DNA of 64,000 nt from Gillisia sp. (lineage in GTDB: Bacteria > Bacteroidota > Bacteroidia > Flavobacteriales > Flavobacteriaceae), in NCBI GenBank assembly GCA_039989915.1, contig JBDXGW010000001.1, forward strand, positions 193,527-257,526, in the 5' to 3' direction. Each line of letters opens with the position of its first letter. The stretch's first letter is position 1. Position numbers and translations under genes: made by a program. This document shows, piece by piece, positions 29,479-39,280 of this stretch. The notes under the pieces were generated by a model. It saw only the letters and a program-made list of their open reading frames with translations, was not told the DNA's origin and did no database searches.

Positions 29479-32328
29479 TTAATTTCCTGCAGTGTTGTCT
29501 ACCGGGTTTCCGTCCATATCAAGTTCTACCACTTCATACTTTAATTCCTTAAGTTTAGGAAGCACGGTCTTTTTATCTCCAACCACTACAATGTGCATGT
29601 TTTCTACCGGGAGGTTTTTCCTTGCCAGTTCGCTAAGTTCCTTAGCGGTGATCTTATTAAGGATTTCGGTTTGTTTTTGCACATAGTCACTTTTTAGATC
29701 GTATTCCAGCAAGCGTCCAAGGAAACCGGCTTTTTGATTTGGAGTCTCGTACTGTCGGGCATCAGATTGTCCAATGGAGCTTTTCATAAAGGCTACCTCA
29801 TCTTCGCGTAAACCTTTATCGCGGTAGCTTGTAAGTTCATTCATGAATTCTGTAACAGACTCGGCAGTGGCATCGGCTCTTACTCCGGCAGAAGCCGTAA
29901 AGGTTCCACCATATTTGCTGCCTCTGTACCCTGAACGTGCCCCGTAGGTATATCCTTTGTCCTCGCGCAGGTTAAGGTTGATCCTGCTGTTGAACGCACC
30001 ACCAAGGGTGTAATTCATAAGTCCGGACTTATAATAATCTCCAAGAGCATCATACGGCATTGCTACGTATCCAATGCGGATCTCAGACTGGGCCGCATCG
30101 GGCTTGTCTACAAAATAAATACGGGTCTTGTCAATTTTTGGGGTAGCGGCATCGGGGGCTAACTTTATGTCCTTCTTTTGCCATTTTTCCAAAAATCCAA
30201 GTTTTGAGGTGATCTCATTCTCGCTGATATCTCCCACTACTACCAAATGTGCCAGGGAAGGGGAGAAACTGTTTTTATAAAACTGTTTTACATCATCTAT
30301 GGTCAGGCTTTCAACAGTTTCAGTAGTTCCTGAAGATGGCAGGGAAAGGAAATGACCTTCACCATACAACAACTTGCTGTAAACCTGATTTGCTATAACC
30401 GTAGGTTGAGTTGCGCTGTTGGCGATTCCTTCCAGCTGTTGTTTTTTAAGACGGTCAAAATCATCTTCATTGAATTTAGGCCTGAACATTCTTTCTTCCA
30501 GCAATTTCAATGTTGGTTCAAGATTCTTCTTTAAGGACTGTACGTAGATCTCAATTGCATCTGAACCACCAAAAACCCTGATGGAACTTCCCAGCATTTC
30601 CAGTTCATTTGAAAACTCTTCGGCAGTATAATTTTCGGTATCCTCATTCCACATGGAAGCGGTAAGGGAGCTTATCCCTGCTTTTTCAGGAGTGTCCATA
30701 GATAACCTGTGGCCTCCCTGCATGGTCAACTGTAAGGTTACCGTTGGGATCTCATCACTTTCAGTCCCTATTACTTTTAATCCGTTCTTAAAATTGGCGG
30801 TCCATAATTCAGGTACCATTACAACAGGGTTTTTCCCGGCTGTTGGGCGTTTGCTTCGGTCAAAATTGTCTACCGCTTTGTTATATGTGAGTCCGCTGTA
30901 TTGATCTTCAGCAGCGACAAAACCTTCCGTAGAAATGGTATAATTATCGGCTTTTGCAACCAATTCAGGTTTTCCCTTTGGGACTACGCTCAGGATCACA
31001 CTGTTCTTACCCTTGATATACTGGTTGTAAACCCTATTCACATCATCTTTGGTTACTGCCTGAATGCGTCTAAGTTCTTCCTGAATATTATTTGGGTTGC
31101 CGGTGAAGGTCTCGTTGTAGGCAAGTTGTGATACTTTCCCGCTTACGCTTGCAAGGCGGTTAATAAGCCGGGACTCGGCAGTGGCTTTGTATTGTTTAAG
31201 GTCCTGATCTGTCACCCCGCGGGTTTCAAATTCGGCCAATGATTTTCTTAGTAAAGTTTCGCTTTCTTCAAGGCCCATATTTGGGTAAGCCATAATGGAA
31301 ATGGTAAATTCCCCTGCAAGTTCAGAACCGGAATTAAAGGCATTGGCAGAAAGGGCTTTCTGGTCCTTTATAAAATTCTTATATAGAATAGAACTCTTTC
31401 CCTGCCCAATTACAGAGGCCAGCACATTAAGCGCATGTTCATCCTTATGACCGGATTCTACTACCGGAAAGGTCATATTAAGCATTGCGGTACGTATGTT
31501 ATCTTCATAAGAAACATAACGATCCTTATCCAGGACAGGTAGCGAGGGTTTCATGTTCTCTACTGCAGGGCCTGCAGGAATAGAACCAAAATATTGTTCG
31601 GCAAGTTTTACCACTTCAGCAGGGTTAACATCTCCACCTACGGTAAGCACGGCATTGTTTGGGCCGTACCAGCGAAGGAAGAAATTCTTAAGATCTTCTA
31701 CATTTACGCGGTCCAGGTCCTCAAGGTAACCAATGGTCAACCAGGAATAGGGGTGACCGTATTCGTATAAATTTTTGGCGGTCATTTCACGCGCAAGTCC
31801 GTAAGGGCGGTTGTCATAATTTTGCCCGCGTTCGTTCTTTACGGTTTCGCGCTGTACTTCAAACTTTTGTTGGGTAACGGCATCCAAAAGAAATCCCATT
31901 CTGTCTGCCTCCAGCCAAAGTGCTGTTGCCAGCTGATTGTTGGGCAGGGTTTCAAAATAATTGGTACGGTCACGGTTGGTTGTTCCGTTAAGCGTTCCTC
32001 CGGCTTCAGAAATGATCTTAAAATGCTCTTCATCTGCAACATTGTCTGATCCCTGGAACATCATATGTTCAAAGAAATGCGCAAAACCCGATTTTCCAAT
32101 CTCTTCGCGTGCAGATCCCACGTGGTAGGTTACATCTACATGTACAACCGGATCTGAATGATCTTCGTGCACTATTAAGGTAAGACCATTTGAAAGTTTA
32201 TACTTTTCATAGGGAATTACAAGTTCATCACCTTTTTTGGTGACCTTTTCTACGAGTACTGTTTGCGCCTCTGCTAAACTGAGCATTCCGGCCATAAGCA
32301 CCATACTTAAACCAAATTTCTTAAGCAT
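29479..32328 (-). CDS. M16-family (insulinase/pitrilysin-like) zinc peptidase, double-length fused form
   Basis: Inverted zinc motif HFFEH in GFAHFFEHMMFQG. A second inactive M16 half follows. Signal peptide present. The start is set at MLKKFGL (32328). Confidence 0.9.
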   Translation of the reverse strand: MLKKFGLSMVLMAGMLSLAEAQTVLVEKVTKKGDELVIPYEKYKLSNGLTLIVHEDHSDPVVHVDVTYHVGSAREEIGKSGFAHFFEHMMFQGSDNVADEEHFKIISEAGGTLNGTTNRDRTNYFETLPNNQLATALWLEADRMGFLLDAVTQQKFEVQRETVKNERGQNYDNRPYGLAREMTAKNLYEYGHPYSWLTIGYLEDLDRVNVEDLKNFFLRWYGPNNAVLTVGGDVNPAEVVKLAEQYFGSIPAGPAVENMKPSLPVLDKDRYVSYEDNIRTAMLNMTFPVVESGHKDEHALNVLASVIGQGKSSILYKNFIKDQKALSANAFNSGSELAGEFTISIMAYPNMGLEESETLLRKSLAEFETRGVTDQDLKQYKATAESRLINRLASVSGKVSQLAYNETFTGNPNNIQEELRRIQAVTKDDVNRVYNQYIKGKNSVILSVVPKGKPELVAKADNYTISTEGFVAAEDQYSGLTYNKAVDNFDRSKRPTAGKNPVVMVPELWTANFKNGLKVIGTESDEIPTVTLQLTMQGGHRLSMDTPEKAGISSLTASMWNEDTENYTAEEFSNELEMLGSSIRVFGGSDAIEIYVQSLKKNLEPTLKLLEERMFRPKFNEDDFDRLKKQQLEGIANSATQPTVIANQVYSKLLYGEGHFLSLPSSGTTETVESLTIDDVKQFYKNSFSPSLAHLVVVGDISENEITSKLGFLEKWQKKDIKLAPDAATPKIDKTRIYFVDKPDAAQSEIRIGYVAMPYDALGDYYKSGLMNYTLGGAFNSRINLNLREDKGYTYGARSGYRGSKYGGTFTASAGVRADATAESVTEFMNELTSYRDKGLREDEVAFMKSSIGQSDARQYETPNQKAGFLGRLLEYDLKSDYVQKQTEILNKITAKELSELARKNLPVENMHIVVVGDKKTVLPKLKELKYEVVELDMDGNPVDNTAGN

Positions 32329-32599
32329 ATTTATTTGTTTTAGGAGAATAATGATATTGAATAAGACCAAGATAACAATTAATGGTTTAATCTTATCTAA
32401 AATATTGTTGTGTAAGCCTTTATAATGGAAGTATAATTGTTCAAAATTTCAAAATATAGTTATAAGAGAAAATTTTCAAAAATTAATTAATAGATGAAAA
32501 ACAGAGTCTTTATTTAAAGATTACGGAATTTTTTTTAAAATTTCCTTTTAATAAATACTAACTTTATCACTTCATTTAGATTTGTTTATCCCCGGCATA

Positions 32600-33496
32600 A
32601 TGGAATTTATCAGGCAACATTTCAGCATTAAAGACCTTGAGTATTTAACGGGGGTAAAAGCTCATACCATAAGAATTTGGGAAAAAAGACACGGGATCCT
32701 GAACCCTGCAAGAACGGGTACCAATATAAGGACCTATGATGTCAATGATTTACAGAAGATCCTAAACGTAACATTTTTAAACGGGCAGGGGTATAAGATC
32801 TCCCGGATATCAAAATTATCTGATGTTGAAATTACAGACCTTGTGAAAAGCGTGATGGCCAGAGATAGTGTGCAACACAGGGCATTGAATTCATTTAAGC
32901 TTGCAATGATCAATTTTGATGAATCTTTATTTCATAAAACCTTTAAAAGTTTGGAGGCGAAAAAGGATTTCAGGTCAATTTTTCATCAAATTTTTATGCC
33001 CTTATTGGATGAAATTGGCCTTCTCTGGCAAACCGGTACCATTAACCCCGTTCATGAACATTTTCTAGCAGCATTGATCAAGCAGAAGTTATATGAAAAT
33101 ATCGCCCTGCTTGAAAATGAGAACGAATTTAAAGAAGACGAACTTTTTGTCCTGTTTCTGCCGGAAAATGAGATCCATGACATAGGGCTGCTGTTCCTTA
33201 ATTATGAGCTTAATTTCCACGGAAGAAAAACCATATTTCTTGGTCCCAGCCTTCCTTTAAATAACATGAAATATCTCCTCGAGATCCATCCCAACCCCAG
33301 GTTTATAAGTTACCTCACGGTGGCACCCAGGGAAGTTTCAGAATTTATCGCCGATTTTGAACGGGAACTTTGCGGGGACAGGACCCGGGAATTAAATTTA
33401 TTTGGTGCCCGCGTGCAATCAATGGATCCTGCCCCTCAACCTTCACATATTAAGATCTTTAAATCTATTCCTGAATTTGTAAACGATCTGGGTTAG
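32600..33496 (+). CDS. MerR-family regulator with a B12-binding domain (CarH/LitR-type candidate photoregulator)
   Basis: MerR HTH FSIKDLEYLTGVKAHTIRIWEKRHG. W-x9-E-H (WQTGTINPVHEH). E-x-H-x-x-G (EIHDIG) followed about 40 residues later by S-x-L (SYL). Confidence 0.8.
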   Translation: MEFIRQHFSIKDLEYLTGVKAHTIRIWEKRHGILNPARTGTNIRTYDVNDLQKILNVTFLNGQGYKISRISKLSDVEITDLVKSVMARDSVQHRALNSFKLAMINFDESLFHKTFKSLEAKKDFRSIFHQIFMPLLDEIGLLWQTGTINPVHEHFLAALIKQKLYENIALLENENEFKEDELFVLFLPENEIHDIGLLFLNYELNFHGRKTIFLGPSLPLNNMKYLLEIHPNPRFISYLTVAPREVSEFIADFERELCGDRTRELNLFGARVQSMDPAPQPSHIKIFKSIPEFVNDLG

Positions 33497-33841
33497 GATT
33501 TTTGATTATTACCAGGTTCCTTGGGTTTTAAAGAATTGAATTGAAGGTAGGTAGTTGGGATTTTTATTCTTCTGAAGGTCTCACCTCCTCAAGAAAAGCA
33601 AGGTCCTTTTCCATTATATATTGCAGGTTAATTGGGGGTCTTGGAACTCAATCCTTTAATACCATTTTAGGAGTATCTGCCAACCACGGGATATAGGACA
33701 TCTTATAGGAAACCTCAGAGCCGTTACTGTTAATTTAACTCCGGTTTAAAAATACTTTAACCTGAAAAAGGAATTTAAATTAAAACATTTTCTTTTATTA
33801 AAATCAATTTTACTTTTAAAGCATTATTTAATTTAGATAGA

Positions 33842-34381
33842 ATGGAAATGGAAGAGGAAGCAAAAGAATTTGCCAGGGAAGCTCATAAGGATCAATTCAG
33901 AAAATACAAGAATGAGGCCTATATAGAACATCCCATAAGGGTCGCAGCCCTTGTAAAGACGGCACCCCATACTCAGGAAATGCTGTGTGCAGCCTATTTG
34001 CACGATGTAGTGGAAGATACCGGGGTAACTCTGGAGGAGATAGAAGAGAGATTTGGACGGAAGGTCGCGGCCCTTGTTGGGGAGTTGACAGATGAATTTG
34101 TAAAGGAGAATTACAGGCATCTTAACCGAAGTAAAAGAAAGGAAAAAGAGGTAGAAAGGCAGTTAAAAATAAGCAGGGAAGCGAAAACTGTAAAACTGGC
34201 AGATGTTATTGATAACACTCGCGATATTGTTGAAAATGACCGGAATTTTGCCCGCAGGTACGTGCCCGAAATGGAGGCCCTTGTAGAAGCACTGCAGGGG
34301 GGAGATTTTAAATTACTAATGAAGGCCTGTTATGAAGTTGAAAATGGAAAGAAGATCTTAAAACAGGATAGGAGCTCCTGA
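33842..34381 (+). CDS. Small HD-domain phosphohydrolase (RelA/SpoT-hydrolase-like)
   Basis: H...HD pattern (IEHPIRVA ... AAYLHDVVEDT) typical of HD_4 / (p)ppGpp-hydrolase-like proteins. Confidence 0.75.
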   Translation: MEMEEEAKEFAREAHKDQFRKYKNEAYIEHPIRVAALVKTAPHTQEMLCAAYLHDVVEDTGVTLEEIEERFGRKVAALVGELTDEFVKENYRHLNRSKRKEKEVERQLKISREAKTVKLADVIDNTRDIVENDRNFARRYVPEMEALVEALQGGDFKLLMKACYEVENGKKILKQDRSS

Positions 34382-34589
34382 AATTTTGCTGCTTTTCCTT
34401 GTTTTCTTTTATGCGGTCGCAGAAAATGCAGTTTAAGACCGACCAGTGCCTTCACTTCCCATTAGATATTTTTTGTGCAATTATGATTATTTTTCTATTT
34501 CCCATAATAATGTTAAAAAAATATTAAATAAAAGTTTTACATTTAGCCAAAAATAGGAATAATTGGTTAATAAAATTGCGTTCCTTTAA

Positions 34590-35333
34590 ATGTGCTATAT
34601 GCGTAACTGTGGTTTTCTATTCCTATTCTTTCTTTTTTCTCACACTTCAGAGGTCGCTCTGGCTCAGGCAATACAGGAAGAAAAAAATCTCTATTCATGG
34701 TTTGATAAAGAGCTGGGTATTGAGAATACACGCCTTTTAAATGGGGTAGAATATATTGAAAGACATAGAACTGTCAATGAAAAAAATTCCTTTTTTCTAA
34801 GTGGAGCACCCATCACCGGCTCAGTACTTTATGATGAGGAATGGTTTCATGGGGTGCAAATAAAATATAACGTGTATGAAGATATTCTTATAGCCCAGGT
34901 AGAGAGTAATTTAGGTATCAACATCCTTCAGCTTAGAAAGGAAAATCTAAAACGCTTTGAATTTGATCAATTCAGGTTTATAAATATCAACGACGCAGGG
35001 TCCATCTTTAATGGAATTAATGAAGTTTTATTGGAAAATGCACAATTCATTCTTCTTAAAAAACACTCCCTTAAATTATCTGAGAAAACAGACCAACCCA
35101 TAAAATATTACGAATTTCTCCCCCGGCGCATCAGGTATGGATATGCTTATAAAAACGATTATTTTGAATTTAACTCCAGGAGAGAGCTTGCCTCCCTGTT
35201 CCCGGAATTTAAAGAGTTAATTACTGAATTTTTTAAGAACAACAACAATTTATATAAAAACCAACGAGATACCTTTATGGTCAACCTTTTTACAGAAATT
35301 ACCGAAAGTCTTACAAATGAAGAATTCCTGTAA
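34590..35333 (+). CDS. Hypothetical secreted protein, first gene of a four-gene outer-membrane cluster
   Basis: 247-aa ORF with a signal peptide (FLFLFFLFSHTSEVALAQA). It ends 5 nt before the next gene. No motif recognised. Confidence 0.65.
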   Translation: MCYMRNCGFLFLFFLFSHTSEVALAQAIQEEKNLYSWFDKELGIENTRLLNGVEYIERHRTVNEKNSFFLSGAPITGSVLYDEEWFHGVQIKYNVYEDILIAQVESNLGINILQLRKENLKRFEFDQFRFININDAGSIFNGINEVLLENAQFILLKKHSLKLSEKTDQPIKYYEFLPRRIRYGYAYKNDYFEFNSRRELASLFPEFKELITEFFKNNNNLYKNQRDTFMVNLFTEITESLTNEEFL

Positions 35334-35338
35334 AGAAA

Positions 35339-38086
35339 ATGAGGTTTACAATTTTTATAATCCTGCTACTGTTTTCTTTTCTTTCTTTTTCACAGGAAGC
35401 CCTACCTAAAATTTCTGTAAATTTTCAGGATGTCCCCCTTGAAGAGGTTATTGAACAACTTGAAGACAAAAGCAGACTTAAATTTTATTTTATTGAAGAT
35501 TGGTTAGCAGACTATCGTTTTACAGGTGCCTTTGAAAACACCTCTCTGGAAGTAATTTTGGAGGAGATCTTTAAAGAAACCCTTTTGAACTTCTATCGTA
35601 TGGAAGGCAATAAAATTATTCTTACCAGGAACAATGTAATTTATGATCAATTTCCCCGGGATGTCTTTAAAAATCCTGCAGAAAGTACTGTGGAAAGCAG
35701 TGAGGCTCAGCCTGTATTTATAGCTGCAGCGCAAGGGCAAAGCAATATAAAAACCGTTTATATTGGAAAGGAGGATAAAACCAATAAAACCCGAAACTTT
35801 TTACTTAGTGGGTATGCAGTAGAAGCGGAGTCCAACCGTCCGCTTCCCAGTTTAACGGTAATGATCAGGGATAGGAATATTGGAACTGTAACCAACGAGC
35901 AGGGGTACTATGAACTTCTTGTTCCTGTAGGTTCTCACCTTTTGGAAACCAGCTCTCTGGATACCAGGCCTATAAAGGTAAGACTGGTTATTTACAACAA
36001 TGGGGAATTGGATATGCAACTGGAAGAAAATTTTGAGCAATTGGGAGAAATTCTCCTTGCCGCAAAATCCAATCAAAATGTTAGACAAGCCATCACAGGT
36101 CTGGAGCAAATAAATGTAAAGGAGATCAAAACAATTCCCCTGGTCCTGGGTGAACGGGACATTCTAAAAGTGGCTACCACCTTACCCGGGATAAGTACCG
36201 CAGGAGAAGGTGCAGCAGGGTTTAATGTGAGAGGAGGCAGGGCAGATCAAAATTTAATTCTCCTGGATGATGCTGTTTTATATAACCCGGCGCATTTCTT
36301 TGGGATATTTTCAGCTTTAAATCCCTTCACCTCTGGAGAAGTGAACATTTATAAAGGAAGCATTCCTGCGGAGTATGGAGGCAGGCTGTCTTCGGTTTTT
36401 GATATCAAAACCAGGAAAGCAAATACACAAAAATTTGCGGGGGAAGCATCCATTGGTCCTGTGACCAGCAGCCTTGCCCTTGAAATTCCTGTGGTAAAGG
36501 AAAAATCGGCCCTGTTACTGGGAGGAAGAAGTACTTATTCGGACTGGATCCTTCAAAACCTGGATGAGCCCTCCCTCAAAAATACAAGAGCCTCCTTTTA
36601 TGATATCATAGCTAAATATCACCATGTAATAAACGAAAACCATGATGTTGAGGTTACCGGCTATTTTAGCAAAGATGTTTTTAGTATCACCTCAGATTCC
36701 CTGTTTAGTTATGACAACAGGTTGGGATCTTTGCGGTACAACCACAGGTTCAATTCCAAAAACAGGGGAAGTTTGATCGTAAGCAACAGCAATTACAATT
36801 TCAATATAGATTACCAGGGGGGAAATGCAAACGATTTCAAATCTGGTTACCGCATAAGCGAGACAGAAATTAAATACAACCTTAATTACTTATACAGTGA
36901 TAAACACAACTTTAATTATGGGGTGTCCAGTAAACTTTATGTTGTAAAACCGGGAAGAATTGAACCCCTTGGAGAGGAGTCATTGGTAGAGCCCTTAAAC
37001 ATTTCGAGTGAAAAAGGCCTGGAGTCCTCACTGTACGTGGCAGATAATTTTAAGATCAATGAACGCCTGCTTATTACTGCAGGGTTGCGGTTCTCCCTTT
37101 ACAATTCCCTGGGGCCGGGAATACAAAACACTTATGAACAGGGAATTCCAAGAAGTGAATTTACGATAATAGAGGTGGAGGAATTTGGATCTAATGAGGT
37201 AATGCACACCTACGCGGGGCCCGAGATGCGATTTTCTGCCAGGTATTTTCTTGCTCCGGAGCTTTCTTTAAAAGGCAGTTATAATACTACCTACCAGTAC
37301 ATTCACACGCTGTCTAACAACACTACCGTTTCTCCTACAGATACTTATAAATTGAGTGACAACAATATCAAACCCCAAAGTGCCTCCCAGTATACCCTTG
37401 GATTATATAAAAACTTTGGCAATGATATGTACGAGACCAGTGTTGAAGGTTATTATAGAGAATCAAAAGACATCCTGGATTTTAAAGTAGGTGCCCAGCT
37501 CTTTTTAAATGAAAATATTGAAACCGAAGTCCTTCAGGGAGAAGGCGAGGCCTATGGGGTAGAATTCTTAATTAGAAAATCCCTGGGAAATTTAAACGGT
37601 TGGATAGGGTACAGCTATTCCAGATCTTTTTTGAAACTGGATAGTGAATTTAGAGAAGAGCGGGTAAACAACGGGGAATTTTTCCCTGCCAATTTTGACA
37701 AGCCACACGATTTTAGTTTTGTGGGAAATTATAAGTTGACCCAAAGATTTAGTTTGTCGGCCAATTTTGTGTATCAAACAGGGAGGCCCGTGACTTTCCC
37801 CATTGGAAAATACACATTTAATGGGGCAGATTATGTTTTTTACAGTGATCGTAATAAGTTTAGAATTCCGGATTATTACAGGCTGGACGTGAGTTTTAAT
37901 GTGGAAGGGAACCACCGGATCAAAAAATTTGCCCATAGTTTTTGGAATGTTTCAGTTTATAATGTGTTGGGAAGAAACAATCCCTACTCGGTATTCTTTG
38001 TTACCGAAAATGGCGAGGTGAAGGCATACCAAAGCTCAATTTTCTCTATACCCATTCCCACCATTACATATAATTTCAGATTTTAA
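35339..38086 (+). CDS. TonB-dependent receptor-like outer-membrane protein (STN, CarboxypepD_reg, plug and barrel domains)
   Basis: STN-like N-terminus (ISVNFQDVPLEEVIEQLEDKSRLKFYF). CarboxypepD_reg segment (LSGYAVEAESNRPLPSLTVMI...TNEQGYYEL). Plug (LPGISTAGEGAAGFNVRGGRADQNLILLDDAVLYNP). C-terminal aromatic barrel end ...ITYNFRF. Confidence 0.9.
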   Translation: MRFTIFIILLLFSFLSFSQEALPKISVNFQDVPLEEVIEQLEDKSRLKFYFIEDWLADYRFTGAFENTSLEVILEEIFKETLLNFYRMEGNKIILTRNNVIYDQFPRDVFKNPAESTVESSEAQPVFIAAAQGQSNIKTVYIGKEDKTNKTRNFLLSGYAVEAESNRPLPSLTVMIRDRNIGTVTNEQGYYELLVPVGSHLLETSSLDTRPIKVRLVIYNNGELDMQLEENFEQLGEILLAAKSNQNVRQAITGLEQINVKEIKTIPLVLGERDILKVATTLPGISTAGEGAAGFNVRGGRADQNLILLDDAVLYNPAHFFGIFSALNPFTSGEVNIYKGSIPAEYGGRLSSVFDIKTRKANTQKFAGEASIGPVTSSLALEIPVVKEKSALLLGGRSTYSDWILQNLDEPSLKNTRASFYDIIAKYHHVINENHDVEVTGYFSKDVFSITSDSLFSYDNRLGSLRYNHRFNSKNRGSLIVSNSNYNFNIDYQGGNANDFKSGYRISETEIKYNLNYLYSDKHNFNYGVSSKLYVVKPGRIEPLGEESLVEPLNISSEKGLESSLYVADNFKINERLLITAGLRFSLYNSLGPGIQNTYEQGIPRSEFTIIEVEEFGSNEVMHTYAGPEMRFSARYFLAPELSLKGSYNTTYQYIHTLSNNTTVSPTDTYKLSDNNIKPQSASQYTLGLYKNFGNDMYETSVEGYYRESKDILDFKVGAQLFLNENIETEVLQGEGEAYGVEFLIRKSLGNLNGWIGYSYSRSFLKLDSEFREERVNNGEFFPANFDKPHDFSFVGNYKLTQRFSLSANFVYQTGRPVTFPIGKYTFNGADYVFYSDRNKFRIPDYYRLDVSFNVEGNHRIKKFAHSFWNVSVYNVLGRNNPYSVFFVTENGEVKAYQSSIFSIPIPTITYNFRF

Positions 38087-38090
38087 TCCT

Positions 38091-39272
38091 ATGGGTTCAA
38101 AAAATACTCCATACCTATACCTTCTCCTTTGTTTTCTGTTTTTGCAGGGCTGTGTGGAGCCCATTGAATTTGAAAATGAAGGTTTTGAAAATGCACTGGT
38201 AGTTGAAGCTACCATAACCAATGAAGAGAAACTCCAGGAAGTTCTTCTTAGCCGCTCTTTTCCACTGGATTTTACCGGAGCTTTTCCTGAACAGGGTGCC
38301 AGGGTAAGCATACTGGATAATACGGGGAATCAATTTTTTTTCAATGAAACTACTCCCGGGAGATATGTGTCGTTAAATACCTTTAATGCAGTTGAGGGCA
38401 GGTTGTATACTTTGGAGATCACAACAAGTGACGGTAAAAATTACACCTCAGATGCTTCAGGATTTAAAGGTACTACCAGTATTGAAAGTGTCTATGGTGT
38501 ACTCACCCAAAATCAGGAAGGGGTGCAGGGAGTTGACATTCGCGTTAACAGTACCGGGTCTCAGGAAAACACGGGTTATTACAGGTATGAATATATTGAA
38601 ACTTACAAAATTCTATCCCGCTATTTCAGGTATAGGGAGGCAGTGCTGATTACAAATAACAATAATAGTCCTGAGGTTGTAGTAGTGGAAAAGACCATTC
38701 AGGACAACACCTGCTATAACAGCGCAGAGTCCAATGAAATTCTATTGAGTAATTCTACTTCCATGAACCAGGATAGGGTTGTAGGAAGTTTTCTAAGGTT
38801 CATAAGGCAGGACAATCCTATTTTTGCAAACCGCTACAGCATCCTCGTAAAACAATATGGAATTTCCAGGGAAGCATTTTCCTATTACCAAAGCTTAAAA
38901 GAACTTTCAGAATCTGAGAGTTTGTTCTCCCAGATTCAGCCAGGGTTACTTGCAGGTAATATGGTTTCCCTTGACAATCCCTCAGAATACGTACTAGGCT
39001 TCTTTAGCGTAGCCTCAGTAACAGAGCGGCGGGTCTATTTTAATTATGTAGATTTCTATGACCCGTTTGAACAACCAAAACCGCATTTTACAGATTCCTG
39101 CCCCCTGGAATATCCCACACAGCTATTGGAAATACAATTTTTTGCACAAAGCGAGCAATATAGATTATACAGTTATGATCCGCCAAGTGGTGAGTTCATT
39201 TTTGTAAGTGCACCTTGTGTAGATTGCACACTGCTGGGGACCAATGTAGTTCCCGAATTTTGGGAAGATTAA
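38091..39272 (+). CDS. DUF4249-like lipoprotein (usual partner of this receptor class)
   Basis: Lipobox FLFLQGC. It starts 4 nt after the receptor stop. Size and N-terminal pattern (LVVEATITNE...V.LSRS) fit DUF4249. Confidence 0.75.
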   Translation: MGSKNTPYLYLLLCFLFLQGCVEPIEFENEGFENALVVEATITNEEKLQEVLLSRSFPLDFTGAFPEQGARVSILDNTGNQFFFNETTPGRYVSLNTFNAVEGRLYTLEITTSDGKNYTSDASGFKGTTSIESVYGVLTQNQEGVQGVDIRVNSTGSQENTGYYRYEYIETYKILSRYFRYREAVLITNNNNSPEVVVVEKTIQDNTCYNSAESNEILLSNSTSMNQDRVVGSFLRFIRQDNPIFANRYSILVKQYGISREAFSYYQSLKELSESESLFSQIQPGLLAGNMVSLDNPSEYVLGFFSVASVTERRVYFNYVDFYDPFEQPKPHFTDSCPLEYPTQLLEIQFFAQSEQYRLYSYDPPSGEFIFVSAPCVDCTLLGTNVVPEFWED

Positions 39273-39280
39273 TTGAGAAT

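Noticed and set aside
39215-39280. The upstream start in the ORF track (39215) for the fourth cluster gene, overlapping the DUF4249 gene by 58 nt.
   Set aside because: The extension (MCRLHTAGDQCSSRILGRLIEN) precedes a canonical signal peptide that begins at MMRKIIIL (ATG 39281). The downstream start gives an 8-nt gap consistent with the other junctions.
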